Counted from the first letter of the whole stretch, positions 1-12,516 are shown. The stretch: DNA of 63,050 nucleotides, filler included, from Olpidium bornovanus S191 (GCA_017911155.1; 34 parts of 34 records of this genome joined end to end with filler, not necessarily neighbours in it), one strand, 5' to 3'. Translations and numbers: made by a program. The notes: generated by a model from the letters alone, not told the origin.

Positions 1-420
1 CGTTGGAATGGGCAAGGTCGACCGCTGAGATTTGCGCACGCGCATTTACACGCCCAACCGCCCGGAAGAAGCACCACGAAAGGAAGAAATACGCAATTAG
101 ATAGCTTTCGGCGTGAACATGGAAGATATATTCATTAGGAGAGGTGGGGTGTAGGAAAAGGGAGGGGCGCAGCCAGGGGGCAGCACGGATAGAGCTCCTA
201 CACGAATTACTTCCCCCTTTCCCCCTTTTGTAGAATCCGCACGGAATTCCAACATAAATAGGAGCGGAATCCGTAGAATCAAAACACCGCGAAGAAACAG
301 AGCAGTATTCTCCTCTTCCAGATCCTTGCGCGGCTCCCTTGGATTTCCCGGGGTCTCCTCCGGAGGGCACATTTTACCACAGTGCTGGCCCTCCGCTTCC
401 CATCCAAACTTCGCCACGAA

Positions 421-925
421 GCGGGGGGGGGGGGGGGGGGGGGGGGGGGAAGGGGGGGGGGGGGGGGGTGAACGGGTGAGGGGAAGGGGAAGGGCGGGGT
501 GCGGCGGGAGATCACCTGTTGTGGGTGTGCGCGAGTTTTGTTTTGTTTCTGAGATCGGGCGGAGTTCAAAAAAAAAAGGGAAGACCACTATACTTTCTGT
601 CTACGCTGGCGAGAGAGCGCGAGAGGAAAGGCGAGCAGATGAGAGGAGACGGGAAAGGGAGCGATGAGGGGGGAAGAAGGGAGGCTGATGGGGAGTGATT
701 TTTTTTTTCTTTTTTTTTTCCCCGCCACCTCCCGCCCCCGCCTCCGCCACGTCCGGCCCCGCGCTTGCAGTAGTTTTTTCCTTTTCCGCCCTTATTTTTT
801 CTTTTCCCACTTTTCGCTCTCCCTCCCCCGCCCCGCCCCTCCCGCCGTCGACCCCCTTTTTTCCCTTCCGTTGCACACCCCCCCCCCCCTTTTTCCCCCT
901 CCCCCCCCCCCCTTCCCCCCCCCCA

Positions 926-957
<32 letters not shown>

Positions 958-1060
958 CCCCACCCCCCCCCCCCCCCCTCGCCCCACGCCCCCTTTCCCC
1001 GACCAAGAGGCGCTCTCGCTCTCTCGCTCGCTCTCTCTCTGTTCGCTCTCTCTCTGCTCT

Positions 1061-1127
<67 letters not shown>

Positions 1128-1140
1128 TTCTCTCTCACTC
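421..1140. repeat. Low-complexity poly-G / poly-C / (CT)n tracts
   Basis: G runs 422-468, C runs about 885-980, (CT)n about 1020-1135; they generate the Pro/Gly/Leu-Ser ORFs in the track. Confidence 0.95.
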
Positions 1141-2323
1141 CCCGGGATAGCGCCCTTCCCGAAACCCCTTGTACAAAAGGCATCTCCCCCTCCCCTTGCC
1201 CTCCCCTCCTCCCCCGGCGTCGCTCCGTCTTTTCCGCCTTCCGTCCTTGTTTGGGCCCTTCCCCCCGGCCGTTTCGTCTAGCCCCCCCCCCCCAGTGCTC
1301 TCGTCTGCTCCTCCGTCGAACNNNNNNNNNNNNNNNNNNNNNNNNNNNNNNNNNNNNNNNNNNNNTTAATTAATTAANNNNNNNNNNNNNNNNNNNNNNN
1401 NNNNNNNNNNNNNNNNNNNNNCATGCGGATGCTGCTACGTACAAACCCGCGGAGCTGGACGGGGGACTCCGATGAAACCACGGTGCTCCCGAAAACGGGT
1501 CGAGCTATTCCGTCGTAGGACGGGGGGGGCTAACGAGTATGAACGAAAGGGGCGGGTAATCGACGAGGAAAGTTGGCAGCCCAGAGACGACCTCAGCGGA
1601 TCACCGGAAGGAACTCGCCCGCCGAGCGGCATATAGACGCGCGGATGAAAGACTATGGGAACGGTCTGTTGACGGGACAGCCCGCGGAGCCGGCACAGAA
1701 TTCCGGTCTTCCCAGACCGACGACGGATGTTGGCGGAAGAGAGAAACGCCGCGTCAACGCGAGACGGGCGTCCGCATCAAAGCGGGGGGGGCCTGAGACT
1801 GTGTGCGCGCGCGGCCTGCCCGACTACTCGCACCGAAAAAATTCCGGTCGCAACGTGATGTGGGGTTTTTTTATGTGTGGACTTCCCGTCGATCATCCGC
1901 CGCCGGCTGGCCCTCGGTTGGCTCGTGTTTGGTCCGATCGGCCGCGCTCGTTTCGCGGCCTTCCCGGCAAAAAAAAAAGCCTCCCGCCAGACCGTGGCGG
2001 TTGGCCCCGCCCCCTTCCCGGCAGAATCGTCCCTCGCCCCCCAACATTTCCCCACCCCGCCTCTCTCCGTCGCAGCCTCCTGCGGCCGGGCGGGTTCCCT
2101 TCCTTCAGGGAGCCCTTCAGGGAGCGCGCGCGCGCGCGCGCTCCCGCGTGCACATTTGCGAGTCACCTGCGCGTCACGGGCGCCGTCCGCGCCAGCGCGG
2201 ACAAAAACAAACCCGCGACGCTTTTGCGACTCTTGATTCGCAGAACCCGGTGATTTGCCACGCGCGCTCTAACCTCGAACCCCGGTCCCGAAACCCCGAT
2301 CTCGTCCGGAACCCGCGAGCTTC

Positions 2324-2565
2324 CGCGATTTCTGTATCTTGATCTACGCAGAAAAACGCGTAATGCAGGCGAGCTTGCTACACAGGCCCCAGCGCAAACG
2401 CCAACCTTGAACGCCACCCGGCACCCTTCCTTTCTCCCGACGTCGCGATTTCTGTATCTTGATCCACGCAGAAAAACGCGTAATGCAGGCGAGCTTGCTA
2501 CACAGGCCCCGGCGCAAACGCCAACCTTCAACGCCACCCGGCACCCTTCCTTTCTCCCGACGTCG
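2324..2565. repeat. 120-bp tandem duplication (2 copies, 3 substitutions)
   Basis: CGCGATTTCTGTATCTTGATC... starts at 2324 and again at 2444. Confidence 0.95.
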
Positions 2566-3295
2566 GCAAGAAAAATAAAATAAAATAAAATTAAAAAGTG
2601 CGTGCGGCAAAAAAAAGAAAGTTTCCGGGGGGTGGGGTGCGAGGTGTTTTTGAGGTTTCGTCGCTCCGCGAAACAAAAAAAAAAAAAAAAAAAAAAAAGG
2701 GGGCCCAGGTTAGCCGCGCACACTGGGCCGCAACCACGCGATCTGTGCCGCGTCGAAAAACGTTGCGCCCCGCGCGGCGAACGGGGTGGTGGTCGAGGGG
2801 GGGGAAGGGGGGGGGGATTATGCGCGGACGCTCGAAGTATCGTTTCGTTGGTTGTGGCGTCGCACGAGAGGACCCCGGGTGGCGAGGGGAGGAAGTCTGG
2901 GAGACTTAATTTATAGCATGGACAAAAACAGTTTTTTTCCGCCGATCCACAGCACCTTTATGCCGAGAACGACTATGGACACCCGCCCCACCGTCCCGAC
3001 AACGAAGGCCGCCGGAATTGTCACCGACGGCCGGACATGGAAATGGTGCGGCGGGGGGCTTCTGATCTGGCGGGGGGAAAAGGGGGAAGGCGGGGGGGTG
3101 TTGGGGGGGGGGGGGGGGGGGGGGGGGGCGGCGGGGGGGGGAGGGGGGGGGGCGNNNNNNNNNNNNNNNNNNNNNNNNNNNNNNNNNNNNNNNNNNNNTT
3201 AATTAATTAANNNNNNNNNNNNNNNNNNNNNNNNNNNNNNNNNNNNNNNNNNNNCCCCCCCCCCCGGCAGCCTGCCCCCAACACCGGCTGAAAGT

Positions 3296-4424
3296 ATGGG
3301 CGAGGCAGTGAACGAAACCGCAGTCGCGGCCCACCTTGTTGCGACGCTGGCGTGGGCGGCGAAGCGTGGCGTAGACCGCGTCTCGTGGGACGAAAGCGGC
3401 GTCCTGAGAGTGAAAACCCTGTCTTCGCCGATTTCCTTCGAGCTCCAACAGGGTATGGCTGCGGCGAGTTGGGGCGAAACAAGTCGGGCGGCGAGTTTTG
3501 GTTTGAAACGCATCCCCTCACCCTCTCCCTCCTCCCCAGGCAAAAAAGGAAAATTTGCGGTTCGAAGCTGCCCCCTGGACGACGCTGGAAAGAAGCGGCT
3601 CGCTGCCGCCTTGCGGAGCCGGCGCAAGCAGCCGCCGAGGCTCCTACGCCAAGCACGCAAGGTTACAGGAGCCGAAGTGGAGGAGGAGCAAGAGGAGGAG
3701 GCCGAAGTGGAGGAGGAGCAAGAGGAGGAGGAGGAGGAGGAGCAAGAGGAGGATGAGAAGGGCGTAGAGGCCGAAGGGGGCACGAAGGCCGCGGATTTTA
3801 AGTGTCGACCGAAAAAGCCAGGACCCAAAGAACGGCAGACTTGGTCAGGTGAGCTTGTTTTCGCCCCAACTCGCGCGACTTGTTTCGCCCCAACTCGCGC
3901 CACTTGTTTCGCCCCAACTCGCGCCACTTGTTTCGCCCCAACTCGCCCGACTTGTTTCGCCCCAACTCGCCCGACTTGTTTCGCCCCAACTCGCCCGACT
4001 TGTTTCGCCATATTGATTGATCGATTGTGTTGATTGATTGATCTGACCTATCCTTGTAAGTCGCCACGTTGTGCCGCGTCATCGAAGTCGATGCCCCCGC
4101 TCTAGAAAATTGCGCGAAAAACCTTCGCGACGCGCTAGGGATCGTCGCGGCGGGCGAGGTCGCCGCCTCGCCGGCGCTCGACCTCATGATCGAACCGGCC
4201 GCCGCCGCAACGGGCGACGAGCTACAGCGCCTCACGGCGGACATGGGGCCGAGCCTGTCCGCCAACGCAGTAGTCGTCGAGGCCGCAAAGACAGGTATAA
4301 CGCAATCCGAAATCCTGGACAAACTTTCGAGCTCTCGGACGACACTCGCCAATGTCCAAAATATGCATGCGGTTGGATTTTACATGACGTACATGACGAT
4401 CGCACGCGCGATCATCGACCAATG
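3296..4424 (+). CDS. Hypothetical spliced protein with an acidic Glu tract (partial); predicted exons 3296-3452, 3540-3848, 4061-4424
   Basis: G|GTATGG...CCCAG, G|GTGAGC...CTGAC...TAAG and TG|GTGAGC sites; phases join track ORFs 3296+ and 4069+ in frame (...QTWS-VATLCRVIEV...). Confidence 0.6.
3854..4009. repeat. 24-bp minisatellite ACTTGTTTCGCCCCAACTCGC(G/C)C(G/C), about 6.5 copies, intronic
   Basis: Units start at 3854, 3878, 3902, 3926, 3950, 3974, 3998; inverted copy at 3463-3490; degenerate copies at 4462-4508. Confidence 0.97.
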
Positions 4425-5206
4425 GTGAGCCCTGAGTCTTATAAATGTATAAGTTCTTTCCCGCGACTTGCCGCCCCAACTCGCGCGAATTGTTTCGCCT
4501 CAACTTGCAGTCNNNNNNNNNNNNNNNNNNNNNNNNNNNNNNNNNNNNNNNNNNNNTTAATTAATTAANNNNNNNNNNNNNNNNNNNNNNNNNNNNNNNN
4601 NNNNNNNNNNNNCCCCGCGGTGCAAGGGCGTGCGGGCGCCCTCGAGTTTCGGTCACCTCTGGCAGCTGCGGAACTGCTGAACGCATTGAGTGCCGCGCTT
4701 GATGTTACGTTCATCCCGTGTGCAGGCAGCATGACCGCCCTCACCAGGCATACTCCCCTGGAATATACGCCCCTCTCGGACCCCCGCCCGAGCCCACAAC
4801 CCTTGAACCCTTCATGTGCCAACGGCTCCAACAAAACTCCGCCCGCTGGCGTCCCGTACGTGGTGGCGATCAGAACGCTGCTCGTCCGCCAAAAAATCCC
4901 TATCGCAGACCGGCCGCACAAAAAAAAACAGCTCTGATTTTTTTGATTTCTGTACAGTTATTGCACAGAAACCGCGGAAAAAATCCAGGGTGCCGCAACT
5001 TTCGGAGCGACCACGGCGGCATGCAGGCGCACTTTCCCGGTTACGAGAGATTGCTGCCTGGCGAAATTATGGGCTCGACGTCAGAAGCCGGGCCCTCGTT
5101 TCAACTATACTGCCTCACGCCGTCACCGCCCCGTTGTTGCGGAGCGGATGATGGGAATCCGGCTTTCCTCAAACCGGGAAAAAAAAACGGAAATGAGCTT
5201 TCACCT

Positions 5207-5760
5207 TCATTCTTCGTTCGCTTCCACCTTCTGCTGCACGCTGGGGCCAGACTTTTTTTTTGACGATCCAGAGACGATGTCGTCGACCCGGAGGAGAAGA
5301 CACGCCGACTAAATCGTCGCAACAAGAGGGGGGAATCTTAATAGCAGGCGTGAGGTGTGTCAGAAAATAAACAAAATGAAGCTTTTCGCTCACCTCGATG
5401 GCCGTCTTGATGGTCTGGACCTTGACCGCGCTCGGTTCCCAGATGCCATACTCGTGCATGTCGACCACCTCGCCTGTCGTCCCGTTGATGCCCCAGCTGT
5501 GGTTGCCAGTGGCGTGCTTCGCCTGCTCGTCGGTTCCCGTCAGAATTGAAAACGCAGGCGGGGTATTGTTGAGTTTTCGATATTTGCCCGAGCAGCAGGT
5601 CGGCCACATACAAGACATCCTGAAGCCGTTTCTACCGGCTACCGCGCCGTACCCTCAGATTGGTGAGAACTTTGATTGGATTTCCTCCGCAGTTCTGGAT
5701 TAGGGTGCGCGGGATGACCTCCATCGCCTCGGCCACGCTGCGATAGGGCCACTGCTCGAC
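5207..5760 (-). CDS. CCT3: T-complex protein 1 subunit gamma, 3' part; exons 5760-5653, 5522-5394, 5308-5207
   Basis: VEQWPYRSVAEAMEVIPRTLIQNCG / AKHATGNHSWGINGTTGEVVDMHEYGIWEPSAVKVQTIKTAIE / SACLLLRVDDIVSG, joined by GT-AG introns. Confidence 0.93.
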
Positions 5761-5895
5761 NNNNNNNNNNNNNNNNNNNNNNNNNNNNNNNNNNNNNNNN
5801 NNNNTTAATTAATTAANNNNNNNNNNNNNNNNNNNNNNNNNNNNNNNNNNNNNNNNNNNNGACACAATAAAACGCCCGCGCGCCACACCCACTAG

Positions 5896-7183
<1,288 letters not shown>

Positions 7184-7330
7184 GCCCGCGGCGGGTTGAA
7201 ACTCCGACCATCTCGCGCACTACCCGGAGANNNNNNNNNNNNNNNNNNNNNNNNNNNNNNNNNNNNNNNNNNNNTTAATTAATTAANNNNNNNNNNNNNN
7301 NNNNNNNNNNNNNNNNNNNNNNNNNNNNNN

Positions 7331-7343
7331 GCTCTTCCGATCT
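7331..7343 (+). other. Illumina adapter remnant GCTCTTCCGATCT at contig start
   Basis: Exact 13-nt match to the common 3' end of TruSeq adapters, directly after a spacer. Confidence 0.9.
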
Positions 7344-7838
7344 CCTCCACCCCCATACCCCTTTCCTCCGAAGTAGGAAAAAAAAATGCGGAACCTGTTG
7401 CTGAAGGGTGATATTGCATGTTAAACGGCGCCGTTGACGCAGTGCGTTCAGGTTTGGCAGGAGCTTCAGGTTAAACGGCGCCGTTTGTCGTGGTTTCGCT
7501 TTATTTGTGGAGCGTGCCGCGAAAAACGGAGGAGCGGGGGGAGGAGGAGTGTGCGGCGCTATTTCAAGGTGTGGCGATCAGGCCTGAAATGCATGGGGAC
7601 ACTACGCAATGAAACAGCCAGCCACGGCTCACCGGACCACCAGTACCAAAGGCAACGGGACGCCAACACCGTTCCCCGGCAGTGCGTTTAGCCCCAATAT
7701 CTACAAGTATACGATTTATATATCCTACGGATACTAGTTAGTTAATTTATATGTAGGCCGAATTCGGTGATTGTGGAATTTGCGAAGGGGCCACAACAAC
7801 TCTGCCGACTTCATTTTTTTTTCCAATTCTCCCTTTTT

Positions 7839-7876
<38 letters not shown>

Positions 7877-8067
7877 GGCAAGCTCAGCTTCCGAAAGAAA
7901 GGATCTCACAGCGGAGCCCGGCCGTTCTTGCTCTGCTCCTTTTTACAGAAAGGGGCTGTTTTGGGGTAAAACGGGCGGGTGAAAACGTGGCACGTTTCGG
8001 GGAAAAACCGCGGGTGAAAAATGTGGACGTTTCAGGGGGTGGAAACCTAAGCAGAGTTGCTTCAGCC

Positions 8068-8886
8068 TGTTGAAAAAAAAGGGGGAGAACGAGGTGCACT
8101 GCGCACATTACGCCCCTGAATTCCCCCCTGGAGTCCCCTCCATAAAACCGGGTAGACCGGCGGAATACAGACGCTCTTTGGAGCTCCTTCGAACCCGAAT
8201 TCAACAGGTTATGAGCCCAAGCGTAGACTCCCCGTTCAGCCGTTGAATCCAAAAAACCCGCCGTCTGTCGGCAAACGTCCAAAAACCCGCCGTCCGTCGG
8301 CAAATGTCCAAAGAAACGCCGTCCGTCGGCAAACGTCCAAAGACCCGCCGTCCGTCAGCGCCCAAACCAACCATGGAGGAGAAAAGGAGCACAACGCCAC
8401 TGAACTCTCCTTCAACCATGGAAGTAGAGAGGTGGAGACAAACCCTGGGAGAGTACGACAACCCAGCGGACCAACGAGGGAGGACACGCCAAAGCGCGAA
8501 GAGCAAGTCAGAACCGCGAAGTAACTCGCAAGGTTCCAAACTCTCAGTCACCTCGCACGCGTCGTCACAACGGTCCAGACTGTCCGCCCGGTCACAAATA
8601 ATCGTGGACTCAGTTCTCCTTCGACGAGAACAAGCTCGACACCACAGAGAAGAGGCACTTATAAAGGACAAAGTCACAGCCCTGCAAAAGCAAATAGCCG
8701 TACTCCAGGAGGAGAAGACAATCATGGCTAACCAGCTGAAGGACCTAGAAGACACAATCGTGGAGCTCGCCCCAGCAGAACGTCCTACGGCAGTAGACCT
8801 GGAGGTTGAAGACCTCAACGAAGGACCCCACGAAGGTGGGCGAGAGACAATGAATGCCCTGTTAGCAAGAACACTGCTCGGGGCAA
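8068..8886 (+). mobile_element. Ty1/copia LTR retrotransposon 5' end: putative LTR 8068-8206, PBS 8207-8218, gag-like ORF 8373->8886
   Basis: TGTTGAA...TTCAACA inverted termini; followed by GGTTATGAGCCC (complement of the tRNA-iMet anticodon arm, Ty5/copia type); intronless coiled-coil ORF truncated by contig end. Confidence 0.8.
8248..8364. repeat. 29-bp tandem repeat x4 in the retroelement leader
   Basis: TCCAAA(A/G)ACCCGCCGTCCGTCGGCAAACG at 8248, 8278, 8307, 8336. Confidence 0.92.
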
Positions 8887-8986
8887 NNNNNNNNNNNNNN
8901 NNNNNNNNNNNNNNNNNNNNNNNNNNNNNNTTAATTAATTAANNNNNNNNNNNNNNNNNNNNNNNNNNNNNNNNNNNNNNNNNNNN

Positions 8987-10462
8987 CATGAGCGGGAGGC
9001 TCGACGTCGGCAGCTCAAACCCTCGGTCGGCGAGCAAACCGAGGCACGCGGCCTGATGCTCGCGGAACGTCCTGAGCCGCCGTACGCGGAGAGAGATTTC
9101 GCGCCTGATGAAGCCCAGGAGGCTCAGGTGGGTCGCCGGGATTTGCATCAGCGCGTTCTGCGTGAAGAGTCCGGAGCTGAAAACGAGGCGCTTCGGGTTC
9201 CAAAACATCGTCCCGAGCGCGGCCAACCTCGGGCTCAGCGACGAGCCGGCCACGTTCAAAGGGAGACTCCTCAGCCGGTGGTACACGTGTATGCCCATCG
9301 AGCGGAGTCGGAGAGGAGCCGCTGGTTTTTTTTTTGGGAGGGGGGGAAAGAGGGGATTATGATTAGCCTGCAAGCCGTCCGCAGAAAGACGCCAAAAAAT
9401 AATGTCGCAGGTTTGGGCGTCCTGGGAGTCACGGTGCGGTGGACCGGGATATGACAAAACCCGGAACGGGGTCGCGAGCCTACTCTGAATGGCATAGAGG
9501 GCGGTCCACGTCACGCTTTCCCTGACATCCGTCCAGTACGAAATGTCCTCCGCCAAGGGGAGCGTGGCGACGAGGAGCCGTTCTAGTACGTGGCCGTAGA
9601 CGATCACAGAACAACGGCACAGGAAGAACCACTCCAAGTCGTGAAGGTGCGCGTCTTCCGCGTTTAAGGAAGATCCGGACATGTCCGCGTTTAAGGAAGA
9701 TCCGGACATGCGCCGCAGACCTGCGTGAACTCGCTCGCGGGATTCTCGGTCGCCCGCATCGGTTCCGAACGAACGTCCGGGTCCGCCGTAGACGGTTTCC
9801 GGTGTCTTGCTCGCAAGGATGTTCTCGCCATAATGAGAAAGTGCGCTGGCTTCCGACGCGGGGGCGGTGGGGGCGTCGGCGCCGTGCAGACATTGTCGGA
9901 CGCGGCTCAGCAGAGTGTCGATCGCCGCGAGGGAGAGCTTCGAGTGAGCAGACCCGGCCTTGCCGAGCTGCTGAATGGCGTCCCAGATCACCGCGCACTG
10001 CTTAGCACTCGTCTGGGCAGACGCGGCAGACCGCTGGCGTTGGGAGATGGACGGGAGGGTCGGGGCAACCGACCTTCCGGACAGCGGGAATCCGCGACTC
10101 GCATCCGGCAGCAGCGCGCGCGAGGCCAGGAAAGTCGGGCCGGGCGCGGAGCCGTCCCCACGGGCGGCGTCCGCCGCCGCCCCGAGCGGCCGCTCGCCCT
10201 TCGCAATGAGCGAGTCGATGTGGGCATCGGGGCTGGCGGCGTCGTCCTCGTCCTCCACCTCCTCCCCTGAATCGAGCCGTTGCCCGCCCCCGGCGACGAA
10301 CGGGTCGATGTCGGCGCCGGGCGGGGGCGAACGCGGGGGCGGCACGGCCGAGGCGTCGGCGGCGGCGGAGGCCAAGAGGAGATGCGAGTAGGCCGCCTCC
10401 GGGCGGAACAGCTCCTCCAGCTCCGCGTTCAACGCGCAGACCTTGTCGGAAGTGAAGCTCAT
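8987..10462 (-). CDS. NCA2: Nuclear control of ATPase protein 2-like, 5' part; intron 9483-9322
   Basis: LEWFFLCRCSVIVYGHVLERLLVATLPLAEDISYW...TALYAIQ-TAPLRL resembles the NCA2 family N-terminal block. Confidence 0.75.
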
Positions 10463-10709
10463 GGAAGGGGGCGCTGCTGCTGGCGGGCCGCGGGAGAGAT
10501 GCGAAGCGGGCGCCGGCGTGTGCCGCTGCTGCTGGTGGTCCCTGCCGCCGGTAGAGAAGAGGCGGCGGCGATTATAACACGCCACGCACGCGCCCGGTTT
10601 GGTCTCGGGCCGGCGGGCCGCGGGGGGGGAGAAGCGCGCGGCGTGTTGCGTGTGCGGCGGGGAGGGTTCTTGGGCGTCGTCCGCCGAGAGAAAGACGCAA
10701 GCGGCGGAC

Positions 10710-10784
10710 GCGGCGTGTGGCTCAGTCGGACAGCGCGCCTGGCCTCAAACAAGGAGGCCGGAGGTTCGACTCCTTCCCGTCGCT
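10710..10784 (+). tRNA. Degenerate tRNA-like element, apparent anticodon UCA (pseudo-tRNA or SINE head)
   Basis: A-box TGGCTCAGTCGG; anticodon arm CCTGG-CCTCAAA-CAAGG; T-arm GGAGG-TTCGACT-CCTTC; acceptor GCGGCG(T)G/CCGTCGC; mismatches in three arms. Confidence 0.55.
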
Positions 10785-11332
10785 CTCGAATCTGACAAAG
10801 TGCACAAGCGAAAAAAGAATACAAATCGGCTCCCATTCAAAAAAGCACTCGCGCGAGCCGGGGAAGAGTGAGAGGGCGGGGTTTTCTTGCCCCTCCCTTT
10901 CTCGTCTTAAGCCCCCCCGGCCAGGAAGCGCGAGCCGTCGGCGGAGCCCAGAGCAGGTCGGAGAAATCAGAACGAATTTCGGACCACCCGGTTGGTTGGG
11001 TGCGGCGTCGCCAGAGGAACCGGCCTTCGCTGCCGCTCCGATGGGCGGGGCCGCAATAACCAGCCGGAAATAAATTATTACTGTTTTCGCTCTTCGTAGT
11101 ATCTCTCTCCCTTTTTTGCGTTTCCGTTTGAAATTTCCTCGACGAAAACCAGCATCCCCCGCCTTCTCGAGCGAGGCGCCCGTTCGGTGGTCCACGCGTA
11201 TGTCGACATTGAGCCGACAGCACCGATCCCTCATTTGCAGTCGCTCACTCTGAAGTCGCTCAAACCTGCCGTAGAATGCCCGGGCTTTTTTCTTCTCTCG
11301 CGCGCGCATCGTCTCTTTTTTGCGCATAGTTG

Positions 11333-11373
<41 letters not shown>

Positions 11374-12462
11374 CGGTTGTCCCGGTCATCACGGTTGTGA
11401 CGTCATCCGCGCTGCAACGCGCTGCAACGCCGTTAACAAACGAAAGAAGCCGAAGTGCGCGCGTGTTGCCGGGGAACCGCGGGCGTCAACGTTGACGGTG
11501 TAGGTGTCATGGNNNNNNNNNNNNNNNNNNNNNNNNNNNNNNNNNNNNNNNNNNNNTTAATTAATTAANNNNNNNNNNNNNNNNNNNNNNNNNNNNNNNN
11601 NNNNNNNNNNNNTGGGCGGAGGGGTGGACACGACTTCGGCCGGCCGCTGCTGTGGGACAGTTCGGGCCACCGGTAGTCCCGGTCGGGCCCTCCCGTATTA
11701 CCTCTCCCCAGCGCTCAAACATCCCCCCCCCCCTCCCCCCGTTTTTCCCGTACTCTTCTTCTCGCGCGCGCGAAACAAGTCCTCTTGTCTTTGACGACGT
11801 CCCTGACGGTCCTCCGAGAGCCCTCCAAGACAGCCTAGTTCTAGCCGCCTGCGACTGCGACGCTCTTAGACGGGCGGTCGGCAGCTCCTGGGGTTGGAGG
11901 GTAGAGCCGGGAAGAAGGAAGGGCGGCCCTGGGGTCGCGTTGAAGAGGTCTTTGAAGACCGCAAGAAGGGAATTTCCACGCCCCGGGGTCACCCATATCT
12001 ACGGCCGAGTGCACGCGTAGGACAGCCCATAGCTGCCTGTCAAACCCTGCCGAACCCCCGTCGGAGGCAGAAGCCTCCCGTCAACGGCAGCAAAAGCCGA
12101 TGATCCCCCGCGCGAAGGACGGTGGTTTTGGACACACCGCGACATCGGCCAATTTCGGGAAGGGGAGCGCTCCGACCTGTCCATCGAAGAGTCCACCGAA
12201 AGGGCCGGCCGGGTACGGGTGCTAGGGAACGTTGCGTGTTGCGGGACCCGCAACGCGGAAAACGTCCTGCACACCATTAGCATTTGTGCCTTTGAAGCAA
12301 GGGCCCTAACCATCCCGCAGCCCTACCACCCCTCGAGGGAGGGTTCATATTCTTCGACACCGCATCTTTGTTGTTTTTTAAAGTCGAAGGCACCGTCCTC
12401 GCGAAGGGCACCTGTTTCAGTACGCGTTTGTCATTGACAAACACAAGGCAGCATCGCGCGCG

Positions 12463-12516
<54 letters not shown>

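Noticed and set aside
97-1369. Many Pro/Gly/Arg/Leu-Ser ORFs in the track here and at 43307-44626, 56000-56960, 60367-61950
   Set aside because: Translations of homopolymers and microsatellites with no domain signal
3854-4009. 24-bp array as CRISPR, plasmid iterons or a coding TCFAPTRA repeat
   Set aside because: No spacers, no cas or rep genes, and it lies inside a predicted GT-AG intron
8373-8886. LINE ORF1 interpretation
   Set aside because: Upstream LTR-like inverted termini and PBS favour copia gag
10710-10784. tRNA-Sec
   Set aside because: Short 5-nt variable region and no Sec-type extended arms
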